Virus record (IMG/VR): IMGVR_UViG_3300032313_001465
Location: 1 to 64,000 of that record
Reading direction: 5' to 3' (one strand)
Source of the DNA: a virus
DNA length: 64,000 bases
The translations under genes and the position numbers were made by a program. The notes below the pieces were generated by a model that was not told the DNA's origin, made no database searches, and worked only from the letters and a program-made list of their open reading frames with translations. Each line of letters opens with the position of its first letter. Position 1 is the first letter of the stretch. This document shows positions 42,053-50,285 of the stretch, in pieces.

Positions 42053-42292
42053 ATGAAATTTACATTTAAAACAAAAGCGAGCTACAACGCAGCATGTAGA
42101 ACTGGTAGAATTGACCATTATGATATGGTAAGAATTGTTAGAAAATTGAAAAACGGAGATGAGTGGGATATTCCAACTCATAGTGAAGAAGAATTCAATG
42201 AATTAATGGACAAATGGAAAAAAGATCCAAATGTGGTTGAGATAACTCACTATCCAGATGTATCATTTTATGACTTAGAAGAGTACTTGTAG
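42053..42292 (+). CDS. Hypothetical protein
   Basis: 79 aa, directly after a promoter. Confidence 0.65.
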   Translation: MKFTFKTKASYNAACRTGRIDHYDMVRIVRKLKNGDEWDIPTHSEEEFNELMDKWKKDPNVVEITHYPDVSFYDLEEYL

Positions 42293-42366
42293 GGAAGTTT
42301 GGCTTCCCAGGAAACCTGTATTATATTTACTGCATAGGAAAAATTAATAAAATAAAAATTTTAAAA

Positions 42367-43167
42367 ATGTTAGACATCAACAACGGTCAATTTAAGACAC
42401 AAAACGAATTGAAAAAATTAGCCCCTTCAATTTTTACCAAAACGGGTTCGGATAGTACATCTGAAAAATACATTCACATTTCAACTGATAGAGTTATCCA
42501 AGATATGGAAACTTTGGGATGGGGTGTGGTGGATGCTAAGGAAGTAAAAGCCCGTAAACAAGTAGGGTTCCAAAAACACTTAGTTGTATTTAGAAACAAT
42601 GATATCATGGTTACAGGTAATGATGGAGATGTTGTATATCCACAAATCCTATTAACAAATTCTCATGATGGAAAAAATGCATTTACGTTTACTGCTGGAA
42701 TGTTCCGAATGATTTGTGAGAATGGTTTAGTGGTTTCTACTCAGGAATTTGAGAATATGAAGATCCGTCATTATGGTTACAATTTTGAAACATTACAAGG
42801 AACTATTAAAAACATTGTGGAAGCATTACCTTTAACAGTTGAATCTATGAATAGATTTAAGGGGATTGAACTTGAGCAAGAACAAGCCATTGAGTTTGCT
42901 AAACGTGCTGTTGGTTGTCGTTTTACTGAAGAAGAAATTGAAAATGTAAAAATTGATTGGGAGGATTTATTGACACCAACACGTCCCGAAGATCGTGGAA
43001 CCGATTTGTGGAGTGTATTTAATGTGGTTCAAGAGAAATTGGTACATGGTATGTTTAATTACAAGGCTGGTGGTAAGAATAGAAAAGCCCGTAAAATTAA
43101 GAACTTTAAACAAGATATAGTTTTAAATGAGAAACTTTGGGAAGTAGCTGAAGAATTTTGTAATTAG
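42367..43167 (+). CDS. DUF932/DUF945-family protein
   Basis: SEKY, NSHDG, FRMICENGL, DLWSVFNVVQE. Confidence 0.8.
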   Translation: MLDINNGQFKTQNELKKLAPSIFTKTGSDSTSEKYIHISTDRVIQDMETLGWGVVDAKEVKARKQVGFQKHLVVFRNNDIMVTGNDGDVVYPQILLTNSHDGKNAFTFTAGMFRMICENGLVVSTQEFENMKIRHYGYNFETLQGTIKNIVEALPLTVESMNRFKGIELEQEQAIEFAKRAVGCRFTEEEIENVKIDWEDLLTPTRPEDRGTDLWSVFNVVQEKLVHGMFNYKAGGKNRKARKIKNFKQDIVLNEKLWEVAEEFCN

Positions 43168-43174
43168 AAATTAA

Positions 43175-43287
43175 TAACCTGTACCCTTGAAAAACTCGTA
43201 TTAGTAATGACAATACCCTGAGCGTGAGTATATAACCGTTGGTTAAAACATTATGAGATAAGCAGGTTAGTTCGAAATAAAAGGGTA
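43175..43287 (+). ncRNA. Candidate pseudoknotted RNA
   Basis: Interleaved pairings TAACCTG/CAGGTTA and TACCCTT/AAGGGTA plus inner stems. Confidence 0.45.
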
Positions 43288-43304
43288 AGAGAATAAGAAC
43301 AAAT

Positions 43305-43382
43305 GGTCAGGTATGGTAGACACAGTAGGGAGAGCCAAAGAGGTATCTACTAAAGTTACAGGTTCGATTCCTGTCCTGACTA
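43305..43382 (+). ncRNA. tRNA-scaffold RNA copy 1 (degenerate D arm)
   Basis: GGTCAGG/CCTGACT acceptor stem; ACAGG-TTCGATT-CCTGT T arm. Confidence 0.7.
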
Positions 43383-43397
43383 CAATAAAATAAAAGT

Positions 43398-43487
43398 ATG
43401 AATAAAGAAGAAAAACAACAGCATTTGATAGTTTGGGTCATAATAGGAATACCTTTATTAGCTTTACTTTATTGTTTATTAACATAA
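43398..43487 (+). CDS. 29-aa hydrophobic peptide
   Basis: MNKEEKQQHLIVWVIIGIPLLALLYCLLT*. Confidence 0.45.
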   Translation: MNKEEKQQHLIVWVIIGIPLLALLYCLLT

Positions 43488-43490
43488 CAT

Positions 43491-43594
43491 AGTCAGGTGG
43501 TGTAATAGAGGCAACACGTGGTTCGAGTCCACAATCTATCTAGTAACGATAGATGCTGATAGGAGCGATACAGGTTCGATTCCTGTCCTGACTA
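43491..43594 (+). ncRNA. tRNA-scaffold RNA copy 2 (extra internal T-loop hairpin)
   Basis: AGTCAGG/CCTGACT, D-like arm, GTGG-TTCGAGT-CCAC, ATCTATC/GATAGAT, T arm. Confidence 0.75.
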
Positions 43595-43623
43595 CTAAAT
43601 TAAATAACTTAAAAAATAAAAAT

Positions 43624-43905
43624 ATGTTAAAAATCGAAGACAAACCAAATTACTTTCTTATAGTAACTCCTGGAGTATATGATGGTCATGAGTTTAATAT
43701 TCTTGACACGGATAAAGGATTATACATCATGTTTAAAGACTATTACGAAAAGGACCCACAATCATTCAATGATATCCAGGAAGAAATTAAAAGCCAGTAT
43801 TTAAACACTAGAGTATCAGGATTAGATGTTGGTTGTAAGTTTAATATGGCTGGTGGCTTTGAACAAGATATTTTTGAAGAATTTGTACGTTACAATGATA
43901 AATAG
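43624..43905 (+). CDS. Hypothetical protein
   Basis: 93 aa. Confidence 0.6.
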   Translation: MLKIEDKPNYFLIVTPGVYDGHEFNILDTDKGLYIMFKDYYEKDPQSFNDIQEEIKSQYLNTRVSGLDVGCKFNMAGGFEQDIFEEFVRYNDK

Positions 43906-44191
43906 AGAATTTAGATTTTTAGATGCTCGTACTAGCGTTAGTGAGTTAGTAAAGGAGTCGGCTGTTAATTTCATGTATGGATTTATTGCTAACACAATCA
44001 CTGTGTTTGTAATTATGAAATATGATATTGCAGTGTTGATTAATTTTCTAATATATTATATGTTTGTGAGTATAGTTATTAATAGAGACAAGTATGAAAC
44101 CCGAGTAGGAAAATACATGATATTTCCAGCTGCCGCTGCATTAGGAGCATTTGTTGGATACAAATTAGCATTCTTTCTTTCACTAAAATAA
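43895..44191 (+). CDS. Membrane protein
   Basis: About three hydrophobic segments; ATG placed at 43895. Confidence 0.6.
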   Translation: MINREFRFLDARTSVSELVKESAVNFMYGFIANTITVFVIMKYDIAVLINFLIYYMFVSIVINRDKYETRVGKYMIFPAAAALGAFVGYKLAFFLSLK

Positions 44192-44217
44192 TTTATTAAT
44201 ATTTATTATAAAATGAT

Positions 44218-44655
44218 ATGGTAAAATTAATAGATATCCTAAATGAAATAGGAGATGCTACATCCAAAAAGTATGATTGGAAGGAAGTTTATAATAATGG
44301 ATATATTGATGAACCAGATGGGGAATCTGAATATGAATTTAAAACCGATTCGGGTATTGAATATGGTGTTCAAATCCATAATATTGGGAAATATTTGGAT
44401 GTTGATTTTGTAGCTGATGGTACTTATGATGAAGTAAATAAAGGAGAGGTTTTTAGTGTGATGGCTACTATTGTCGATATTATAAAAAGCATAGTAGATA
44501 AAGGAGGAATTAAAGGAATTAGATATATAGCTAAATCCAAAGGGAATGATGCTGGTATTGCAAGAGATAGATTATATAGAATATATATTTCAAAACTATA
44601 CCCTAATGTCACTTTTCTACAACAAGGTGGAACAATATTCGCTACACTTAAATAA
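44218..44655 (+). CDS. Hypothetical protein with MVKLIDILNE leader
   Basis: Short leader ending L-N-E; TAATATTTAT upstream. Confidence 0.65.
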   Translation: MVKLIDILNEIGDATSKKYDWKEVYNNGYIDEPDGESEYEFKTDSGIEYGVQIHNIGKYLDVDFVADGTYDEVNKGEVFSVMATIVDIIKSIVDKGGIKGIRYIAKSKGNDAGIARDRLYRIYISKLYPNVTFLQQGGTIFATLK

Positions 44656-44667
44656 AATAAAATAAAA

Positions 44668-44946
44668 ATGCCAAGTTTTACAGAATACCAAGACGTTGAG
44701 ATGGAAATCGAAATCGATCCATCAGATTACTTAGATAGTTGCAGTGATGATGACATAGATGAACTAATTGAAGAATTAGTGGAAAGAGGTTTCATTAAGA
44801 ATAATGACATAATTGACCAATCAGCATTATCAAATAATCTTGATTTCGTTCAAAATATTATGAAATTAGCTAATCCATACAATCGTATGCTTCTAACAGT
44901 AGAAGAGGAGCAGATTTTGGAAAAAATGGCTAGTAGATTTTTATAA
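44668..44946 (+). CDS. Acidic hypothetical protein
   Basis: 92 aa. Confidence 0.6.
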   Translation: MPSFTEYQDVEMEIEIDPSDYLDSCSDDDIDELIEELVERGFIKNNDIIDQSALSNNLDFVQNIMKLANPYNRMLLTVEEEQILEKMASRFL

Positions 44947-44954
44947 TACGAGAC

Positions 44955-45018
44955 CTCATAGCTGAGTCATACGAAATGGTTGGCAAATCCAAATAACGTT
45001 TGTATATTGATGTATAAT
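44955..45018 (+). promoter_or_regulatory. GTCAT-box promoter
   Basis: CTCAT-N6-GTCAT-N9-TTGG-N17-TGTATATT. Confidence 0.75.
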
Positions 45019-45033
45019 TAAAAAATAAAGGTT

Positions 45034-46107
45034 ATGAAATTATCAACACTGTATTCTAGGTCGGTAAACGGCAAGATAAATACATTTACAATTCACATTG
45101 AAGGAAACAAGTATTATACTGTAACTGGATTTTTAGATGGAGTTAAAACTCAATCCCTCCCAACAGTATGTAATGCCAAAACGTATTGTACTGCTGAAGA
45201 GCAAGCAATAAAAGAGGCCACAGCAATTCATCGAAAGAAAATGGAAAGCGGTTCATTTGAAAATGTTTCCGATATTGATAATGAGACATTTTTTGAACCG
45301 ATGCTCGCTCACGATTTCAATAAGGAAAAGCACAAAATCAAATATCCCCTTTATAGTCAACCGAAACTAGATGGTATCCGTTGTTTGGTGAAACGAGACG
45401 GAATGTGGTCAAGAACAGGCAAACCAATAATTTCAGCCCCACACATATTTGAAGCGTTAAAACCATTATTTGAAATTAATCCAAATCTTATATTTGATGG
45501 AGAGTTATATGCTGATAAATTTGCAACCGACTTTAACGCTATATGTTCCTTAGTAAAGAAAACAAAACCAACTCAGCAAGATTTAGAAGATAGTTCTAAA
45601 GCTATTGAATATCACATTTATGATTTACCAAGTTGTAGTGGTGTGTTTTCTGATAGATATGAAGTATTACTTGAATTAATTTTGCCAAAATGTTGTAAAT
45701 TAGTTGAAACCCGCATTGCTAATAATGAAACTGAACTAATGGCTTATTATGAGAACTATGTTGTTAACAACTATGAAGGACAAATGGTTCGTTTAAATAG
45801 CAAATATGAAAATAAAAGATCAAAGTCCTTACTTAAGCACAAGTCATTTATTGATGAAGAATATACAATTTTAGATATTGAAGAAGGAATTGGGAATAAA
45901 AGTGGGATGGTAGGAGCATTTGTATTTGAAAATAGAGATGGTAAACGCTTTAAAGCTAGTCCTAAATTTAATTGGGAAGAATGTACAAAAATGTGGAATA
46001 CAAAACACCAACTAATCGGAAAAACAGCAACAGTTAAATATTTCAACCTAACTCCAGATCATATACCGAGATTTGGATATGTGATTCAGGTAGATCGTTG
46101 GTATTAG
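45034..46107 (+). CDS. ATP-dependent DNA ligase
   Basis: PMLA, QPKLDGIR, FDGELY, YDL, YEGQMVR, RSKSLLK. Confidence 0.92.
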   Translation: MKLSTLYSRSVNGKINTFTIHIEGNKYYTVTGFLDGVKTQSLPTVCNAKTYCTAEEQAIKEATAIHRKKMESGSFENVSDIDNETFFEPMLAHDFNKEKHKIKYPLYSQPKLDGIRCLVKRDGMWSRTGKPIISAPHIFEALKPLFEINPNLIFDGELYADKFATDFNAICSLVKKTKPTQQDLEDSSKAIEYHIYDLPSCSGVFSDRYEVLLELILPKCCKLVETRIANNETELMAYYENYVVNNYEGQMVRLNSKYENKRSKSLLKHKSFIDEEYTILDIEEGIGNKSGMVGAFVFENRDGKRFKASPKFNWEECTKMWNTKHQLIGKTATVKYFNLTPDHIPRFGYVIQVDRWY

Positions 46108-46113
46108 TAAAAC

Positions 46114-46177
46114 GTCATGTAAGTGTCATGCGAAAAATTTGGCAATCCTACACTTTGTTTGTATATTGATGTATAAT
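46114..46177 (+). promoter_or_regulatory. GTCAT-box promoter
   Basis: Exact motif spacing. Confidence 0.8.
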
Positions 46178-46192
46178 TAAAAAATAAAGGTT

Positions 46193-46480
46193 ATGACAAA
46201 GAAAGAATTAAAAAATTTACAGTTAAAAAGCATATTTGCTGCTATTAAAGAAAATTATAATGTAACTTCTGATTTCGAAGATATGGAAGGACATGGATAT
46301 TTCACATTTCAAATTACAGTAGATGGTGTACAATATGCTTTTGATTTAAGCAGAAATGACTTTAGTGTTATAGGATATAAGCTAAAGGGAGATATAGATT
46401 TTACAGAACAAAGGATTCTTGAAACTGAAATAGAACATCTAATTGAACAAACATTAAATAATATTTTTAAATATAAATAA
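46193..46480 (+). CDS. Hypothetical protein
   Basis: 95 aa, after a promoter. Confidence 0.6.
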   Translation: MTKKELKNLQLKSIFAAIKENYNVTSDFEDMEGHGYFTFQITVDGVQYAFDLSRNDFSVIGYKLKGDIDFTEQRILETEIEHLIEQTLNNIFKYK

Positions 46481-46481
46481 A

Positions 46482-46703
46482 ATGATAGTAGATAAGAAAA
46501 AACGAGTAAAAAGTAAGTTGGAGCTTGACCTGTCGGGGCCGGAAGGTAATGCGTTTGTGTTGATGGGCATTGCTCAAAGATGGGCGAAGGAATTGGGATT
46601 GGATAGTAAAGCAGTTATTGCTGACATGATGAGTGGTGACTATGAGCATTTACTTTCAGTAATGGAGAAACATTTTGGTGATCACATTATAATGTATAGA
46701 TAA
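46482..46703 (+). CDS. Hypothetical phage protein
   Basis: DLSGPEGNAFVLMG...MMSGDYEHL. Confidence 0.65.
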   Translation: MIVDKKKRVKSKLELDLSGPEGNAFVLMGIAQRWAKELGLDSKAVIADMMSGDYEHLLSVMEKHFGDHIIMYR

Positions 46704-46849
46704 TATGAAATTTAAGTATAGATTAGCAGTAATAGTTTTAGTGGTGCCTTGCTTATTAATTGATACAATTACCTTACCTATTTTGTTTGTGAATTGGATA
46801 ATAACAGGACATATATTTTCATCTTTCACTCAAGAAATATTAGAACAAC

Positions 46850-47047
46850 ATGAGAAATAGTATGACAGCAGTAGAATGGTTGAAAGAGCAATATTATCAA
46901 TCAGAAGGGAAATTAACAAGGCATGACTTTGAACAAGCCAAGCAAATGGAGAAGGAACAACTAGAAAATGCTTGGTATGCTGGAGATGAAGATGGAGCTA
47001 TACATGAATTCGAATATTATTACAACGAAACTTTTAAAAAAGACTAA
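46850..47047 (+). CDS. Hypothetical protein, QAKxMEKEQ paralog family
   Basis: TAVEWL...QAKQMEKEQ...YYNETFK. Confidence 0.65.
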   Translation: MRNSMTAVEWLKEQYYQSEGKLTRHDFEQAKQMEKEQLENAWYAGDEDGAIHEFEYYYNETFKKD

Positions 47048-47048
47048 A

Positions 47049-47531
47049 ATGGCACAAACAGCAGTAGAAAACATAATCGAAAAACTTAAAGAACAAATAA
47101 GAAAATCTGCTCACAACAAATTAGGAACTAATAGAACTGGAGATTATCGAATTGGATTAATTAAAGCAATAGATCTTTGTAATCAAGCCAAAGAAATGGA
47201 GAAGGAGCAGATGATGAATGCTTGGGCAAAAGGTGTTACAAGTGAAAATAATGTAACAGCAGAACAATACTACAATCAAACATTTAAAAAAGATCAAGCC
47301 AAAGAAATGGAAAAAGACACTGTGAAAGCGAAAGAAGAAACACTAGCAGCTGAAATAAGTTTAAGAATTGATGGAGTATTAACACGATTCATTCACGAAG
47401 ATGAATATAAATCCATAATAGATGCTTATGAAAAAGAAGTAAAGGAATTACATGATAGAATTAGGAATCAATCTAAAATAATAAAGGATTCGATGGATGT
47501 ATTAGGTAAAATCAATAGCTTAATAAAATAA
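47049..47531 (+). CDS. Hypothetical protein, QAKxMEKEQ paralog family
   Basis: QTAVE...QAKEMEKEQ...EQYYNQTF. Confidence 0.65.
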   Translation: MAQTAVENIIEKLKEQIRKSAHNKLGTNRTGDYRIGLIKAIDLCNQAKEMEKEQMMNAWAKGVTSENNVTAEQYYNQTFKKDQAKEMEKDTVKAKEETLAAEISLRIDGVLTRFIHEDEYKSIIDAYEKEVKELHDRIRNQSKIIKDSMDVLGKINSLIK

Positions 47532-47538
47532 AATAAAA

Positions 47539-47769
47539 ATGGAAAAGACACAAACAGCAATTGAAAGCCTAATCGAAAAAATACAACCTCTTATTGATAG
47601 AAGCAAAATAAGCGACACTATGCTTTATAGTTTAGTTGAGGAGCATTTAGAAATGGAAAAAGAACAGGTAATAGATGCTTTTGTAGATAGCAGAATTTTA
47701 TCTATTGCTAATAATTGCAGTAGCGGAGAACAATACTACAACGAAACTTATAAACAACAAGATAAATGA
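47539..47769 (+). CDS. Hypothetical protein, QAKxMEKEQ paralog family
   Basis: QTAIE...EMEKEQ...EQYYNETY. Confidence 0.65.
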   Translation: MEKTQTAIESLIEKIQPLIDRSKISDTMLYSLVEEHLEMEKEQVIDAFVDSRILSIANNCSSGEQYYNETYKQQDK

Positions 47770-48500
47770 AAATTTGGCATATAAGCGACACGCACACCTA
47801 CCATGACTTACTACAAGTTCCTGAAGGAATAGATATGGTAATACACTCAGGTGATTGTAGCAATCCTAGAGACCCATACGCTAATGAATCCGAAGTGAGA
47901 TGTTTTTTAACTTGGTTCTATTCATTAAATATCAAGTATAAAATATACGTTGCTGGTAATCATGATTCAAGCATTGAGAAAGGATTGGTTGATAAGCAAA
48001 CCTTTGATGATTTAGGTATAGTGTATCTTGAGAATGATTACGTTATAATTGAAGGTATAAAAATATGGGGTTCGCCATATACACCTACTTTTGGTCATTG
48101 GTGTTTTATGAAAGCAAGAGATAAGATTAGTAGAGTATGGGAGCACATTCCTGACGACACTGATGTTATTATAACACACGGACCACCTAAAGGAATACTC
48201 GACTTTTCGTATAGTATAGATGGTATGTTTGAAAGATGTGGTTGTAGTGCTTTGATGAAAAGAGTAATTAAGGTACAACCTACATTGTGTTTATTTGGTC
48301 ACATCCACAATTGTGAAGACATCATTAATGCAGGTACTGTGAAGCTTTCAAATTACAAGACCATTTTTAGTAATGGAAGTGTGGTTACTGATGGAAAGTT
48401 TGGTAGATTGAGTAGTAACGGAAATATTTTAGAAATAACAACACCATATGTTTCAGATGACTTTCAAATTGGACCTGATGGTGCTTATGAACATATTTAA
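47766..48500 (+). CDS. Calcineurin-like metallophosphoesterase
   Basis: SDTH, HSGD, AGNHD, THGPP, FGHIH. Confidence 0.9.
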   Translation: MKIWHISDTHTYHDLLQVPEGIDMVIHSGDCSNPRDPYANESEVRCFLTWFYSLNIKYKIYVAGNHDSSIEKGLVDKQTFDDLGIVYLENDYVIIEGIKIWGSPYTPTFGHWCFMKARDKISRVWEHIPDDTDVIITHGPPKGILDFSYSIDGMFERCGCSALMKRVIKVQPTLCLFGHIHNCEDIINAGTVKLSNYKTIFSNGSVVTDGKFGRLSSNGNILEITTPYVSDDFQIGPDGAYEHI

Positions 48501-48587
48501 AAAATTAACAAATGAAAGTACTAATAGTAATAATTGCATGGGAATTAAGTAAATGGATTGTAAATAAAATTTTTAATAAATACTTCA

Positions 48588-48824
48588 ATGACTAAAGGAA
48601 CACTTAAAAAAACAAAAGCAGGTTGGATAGTAATCTATGATGAGATTCTTGGAGAAAACATTGTAAAGAAAAATCAAAACTCATTACCACTACATCCAGA
48701 AGATGTAGAAAAGTTTAAATTATTATCCGAAATGTTTGATAATTTTGAAGCAAGAGTTAATGATGATCCCGAAGTAGAATTTGAAATTATCGATAACACA
48801 GCTAAACTAATACACAACATATGA
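48588..48824 (+). CDS. Hypothetical protein
   Basis: 78 aa. Confidence 0.55.
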   Translation: MTKGTLKKTKAGWIVIYDEILGENIVKKNQNSLPLHPEDVEKFKLLSEMFDNFEARVNDDPEVEFEIIDNTAKLIHNI

Positions 48825-49048
48825 TGTACAGAATTAAAATAGATTACTATAACAAACAAAAAGAAACTTATACGCCACAGGTAAAAGGACTTTTATTTTG
48901 GAGCAATTTAGATACTACAGGGGAAATTTCATGGTTAGGTGGTGGATACTACAATAAAGACTTAGCACTTGGTGCTATTAATAAACACGATTTTAAATAT
49001 GGGAAACCTAGATCTTCTAAAATAGAATATATAAATTTAACAAATTAA
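48821..49048 (+). CDS. Hypothetical protein
   Basis: 75 aa. Confidence 0.55.
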   Translation: MMYRIKIDYYNKQKETYTPQVKGLLFWSNLDTTGEISWLGGGYYNKDLALGAINKHDFKYGKPRSSKIEYINLTN

Positions 49049-49060
49049 AATAAACAAGTT

Positions 49061-49591
49061 ATGATATATTATTATTCAAAACAAGAATTAACAATGAAAA
49101 AGGTGTCTATACTGAATTATGTATGGGCACTATTGATTATACTACTTGTAGGTAGTTCCTTAGGATTCAGCGGAGCCATCAAAGTGAATGATTTCATAGA
49201 AAAGGTACCCGTTATAATAAGACCTAATCAAGAGGTGTTAAACGAAAAGAACCTAAGAAACGAAATTAAAAAGCTAAATTTAAAGTATGAAGACGTTATT
49301 GTAGCCCAATACAAAATTGAGTCTAATGAAGGTAAATCTCATATTTACTTGGAAAACCATAACTTTTTAGGCTTAAAAGAAGCTAAGTTAAGACCAACTA
49401 CTGCTTTAGGGACCAACCTTGGTCACGCTTATTATGATAGGTGGGAATCGTGTCTAATTGACTATAGTTTATGGCAATTATCCAACACTAGAGGCATTAA
49501 TTCGCAGGAAGAATACATTCAGTTGTTAGGTTCAATGTATGCTGAAGACGATTCGTACATGAACAAAATCTACAAGATATTAAATAAATAA
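49061..49591 (+). CDS. Membrane-anchored glucosaminidase (GH73)-like cell-wall hydrolase
   Basis: N-terminal hydrophobic segment; AQYKIES...HNFLGLK...YAED..Y. Confidence 0.6.
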   Translation: MIYYYSKQELTMKKVSILNYVWALLIILLVGSSLGFSGAIKVNDFIEKVPVIIRPNQEVLNEKNLRNEIKKLNLKYEDVIVAQYKIESNEGKSHIYLENHNFLGLKEAKLRPTTALGTNLGHAYYDRWESCLIDYSLWQLSNTRGINSQEEYIQLLGSMYAEDDSYMNKIYKILNK

Positions 49592-49594
49592 GGC

Positions 49595-49652
49595 GTCATG
49601 TAAATGTCATGCGAAAAATTTGGTAATTCCATATTTTATTCGTATATTGATG
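49595..49652 (+). promoter_or_regulatory. GTCAT-box promoter
   Basis: Exact motif spacing. Confidence 0.8.
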
Positions 49653-49672
49653 AATAATAAAAACGTAGAAAT

Positions 49673-49924
49673 ATGAAAGCATATCAAGTATTTAGAGGAG
49701 AAGAAAATAAACATGGATTTCAAGTCTATGATTTAGTTGCTACGTATTTTGATAAAGAAAGGGCATTACAACAATGTGAGCAAATAGTAGCAGAAGAACA
49801 AATATCATCAGGAGATATTTTACAGGAATATGAATCTCATGGAGGTAAATATAAAAGTTGGAATGCTGTAGGTTGGGATATAGTTACCATTGCCCAACTC
49901 AGAGAAATAGAAATAACAAAATAA
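49673..49924 (+). CDS. Hypothetical protein
   Basis: 83 aa. Confidence 0.6.
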   Translation: MKAYQVFRGEENKHGFQVYDLVATYFDKERALQQCEQIVAEEQISSGDILQEYESHGGKYKSWNAVGWDIVTIAQLREIEITK

Positions 49925-49938
49925 CAATAACAATTAAA

Positions 49939-50283
49939 ATGAAAAATCAAGAAACAATTGCACAGCAATTAAAAGTAAAAGAATTCCCATTTGTAATTAG
50001 GGATTCTAAAGGTAATAAAATTTATTGGGAAAACAGTGTTGGGTTATGGTACAAATATGAATATGATTCCAAAAATAATGAAACACATTGGGAATCCAGT
50101 AGTGGATATTGGGAAAGTAGAGAATATGATTCTAAGGGTCTCTGTGTTTATTTCGAAACCAGTAATGGTGTAGTTTTGGATGTTAGAATATTATTACCTA
50201 GAAAAGAAAATGTAGAATTAACTATGGATGAGATAGCAACTAAATTTGGGGTTGATGTAAACCTTTTAAAAATTAAAAAATAA
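49939..50283 (+). CDS. Hypothetical protein with YD-like repeats
   Basis: Repeated EYDSKG/N...W units. Confidence 0.6.
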   Translation: MKNQETIAQQLKVKEFPFVIRDSKGNKIYWENSVGLWYKYEYDSKNNETHWESSSGYWESREYDSKGLCVYFETSNGVVLDVRILLPRKENVELTMDEIATKFGVDVNLLKIKK

Positions 50284-50285
50284 CA

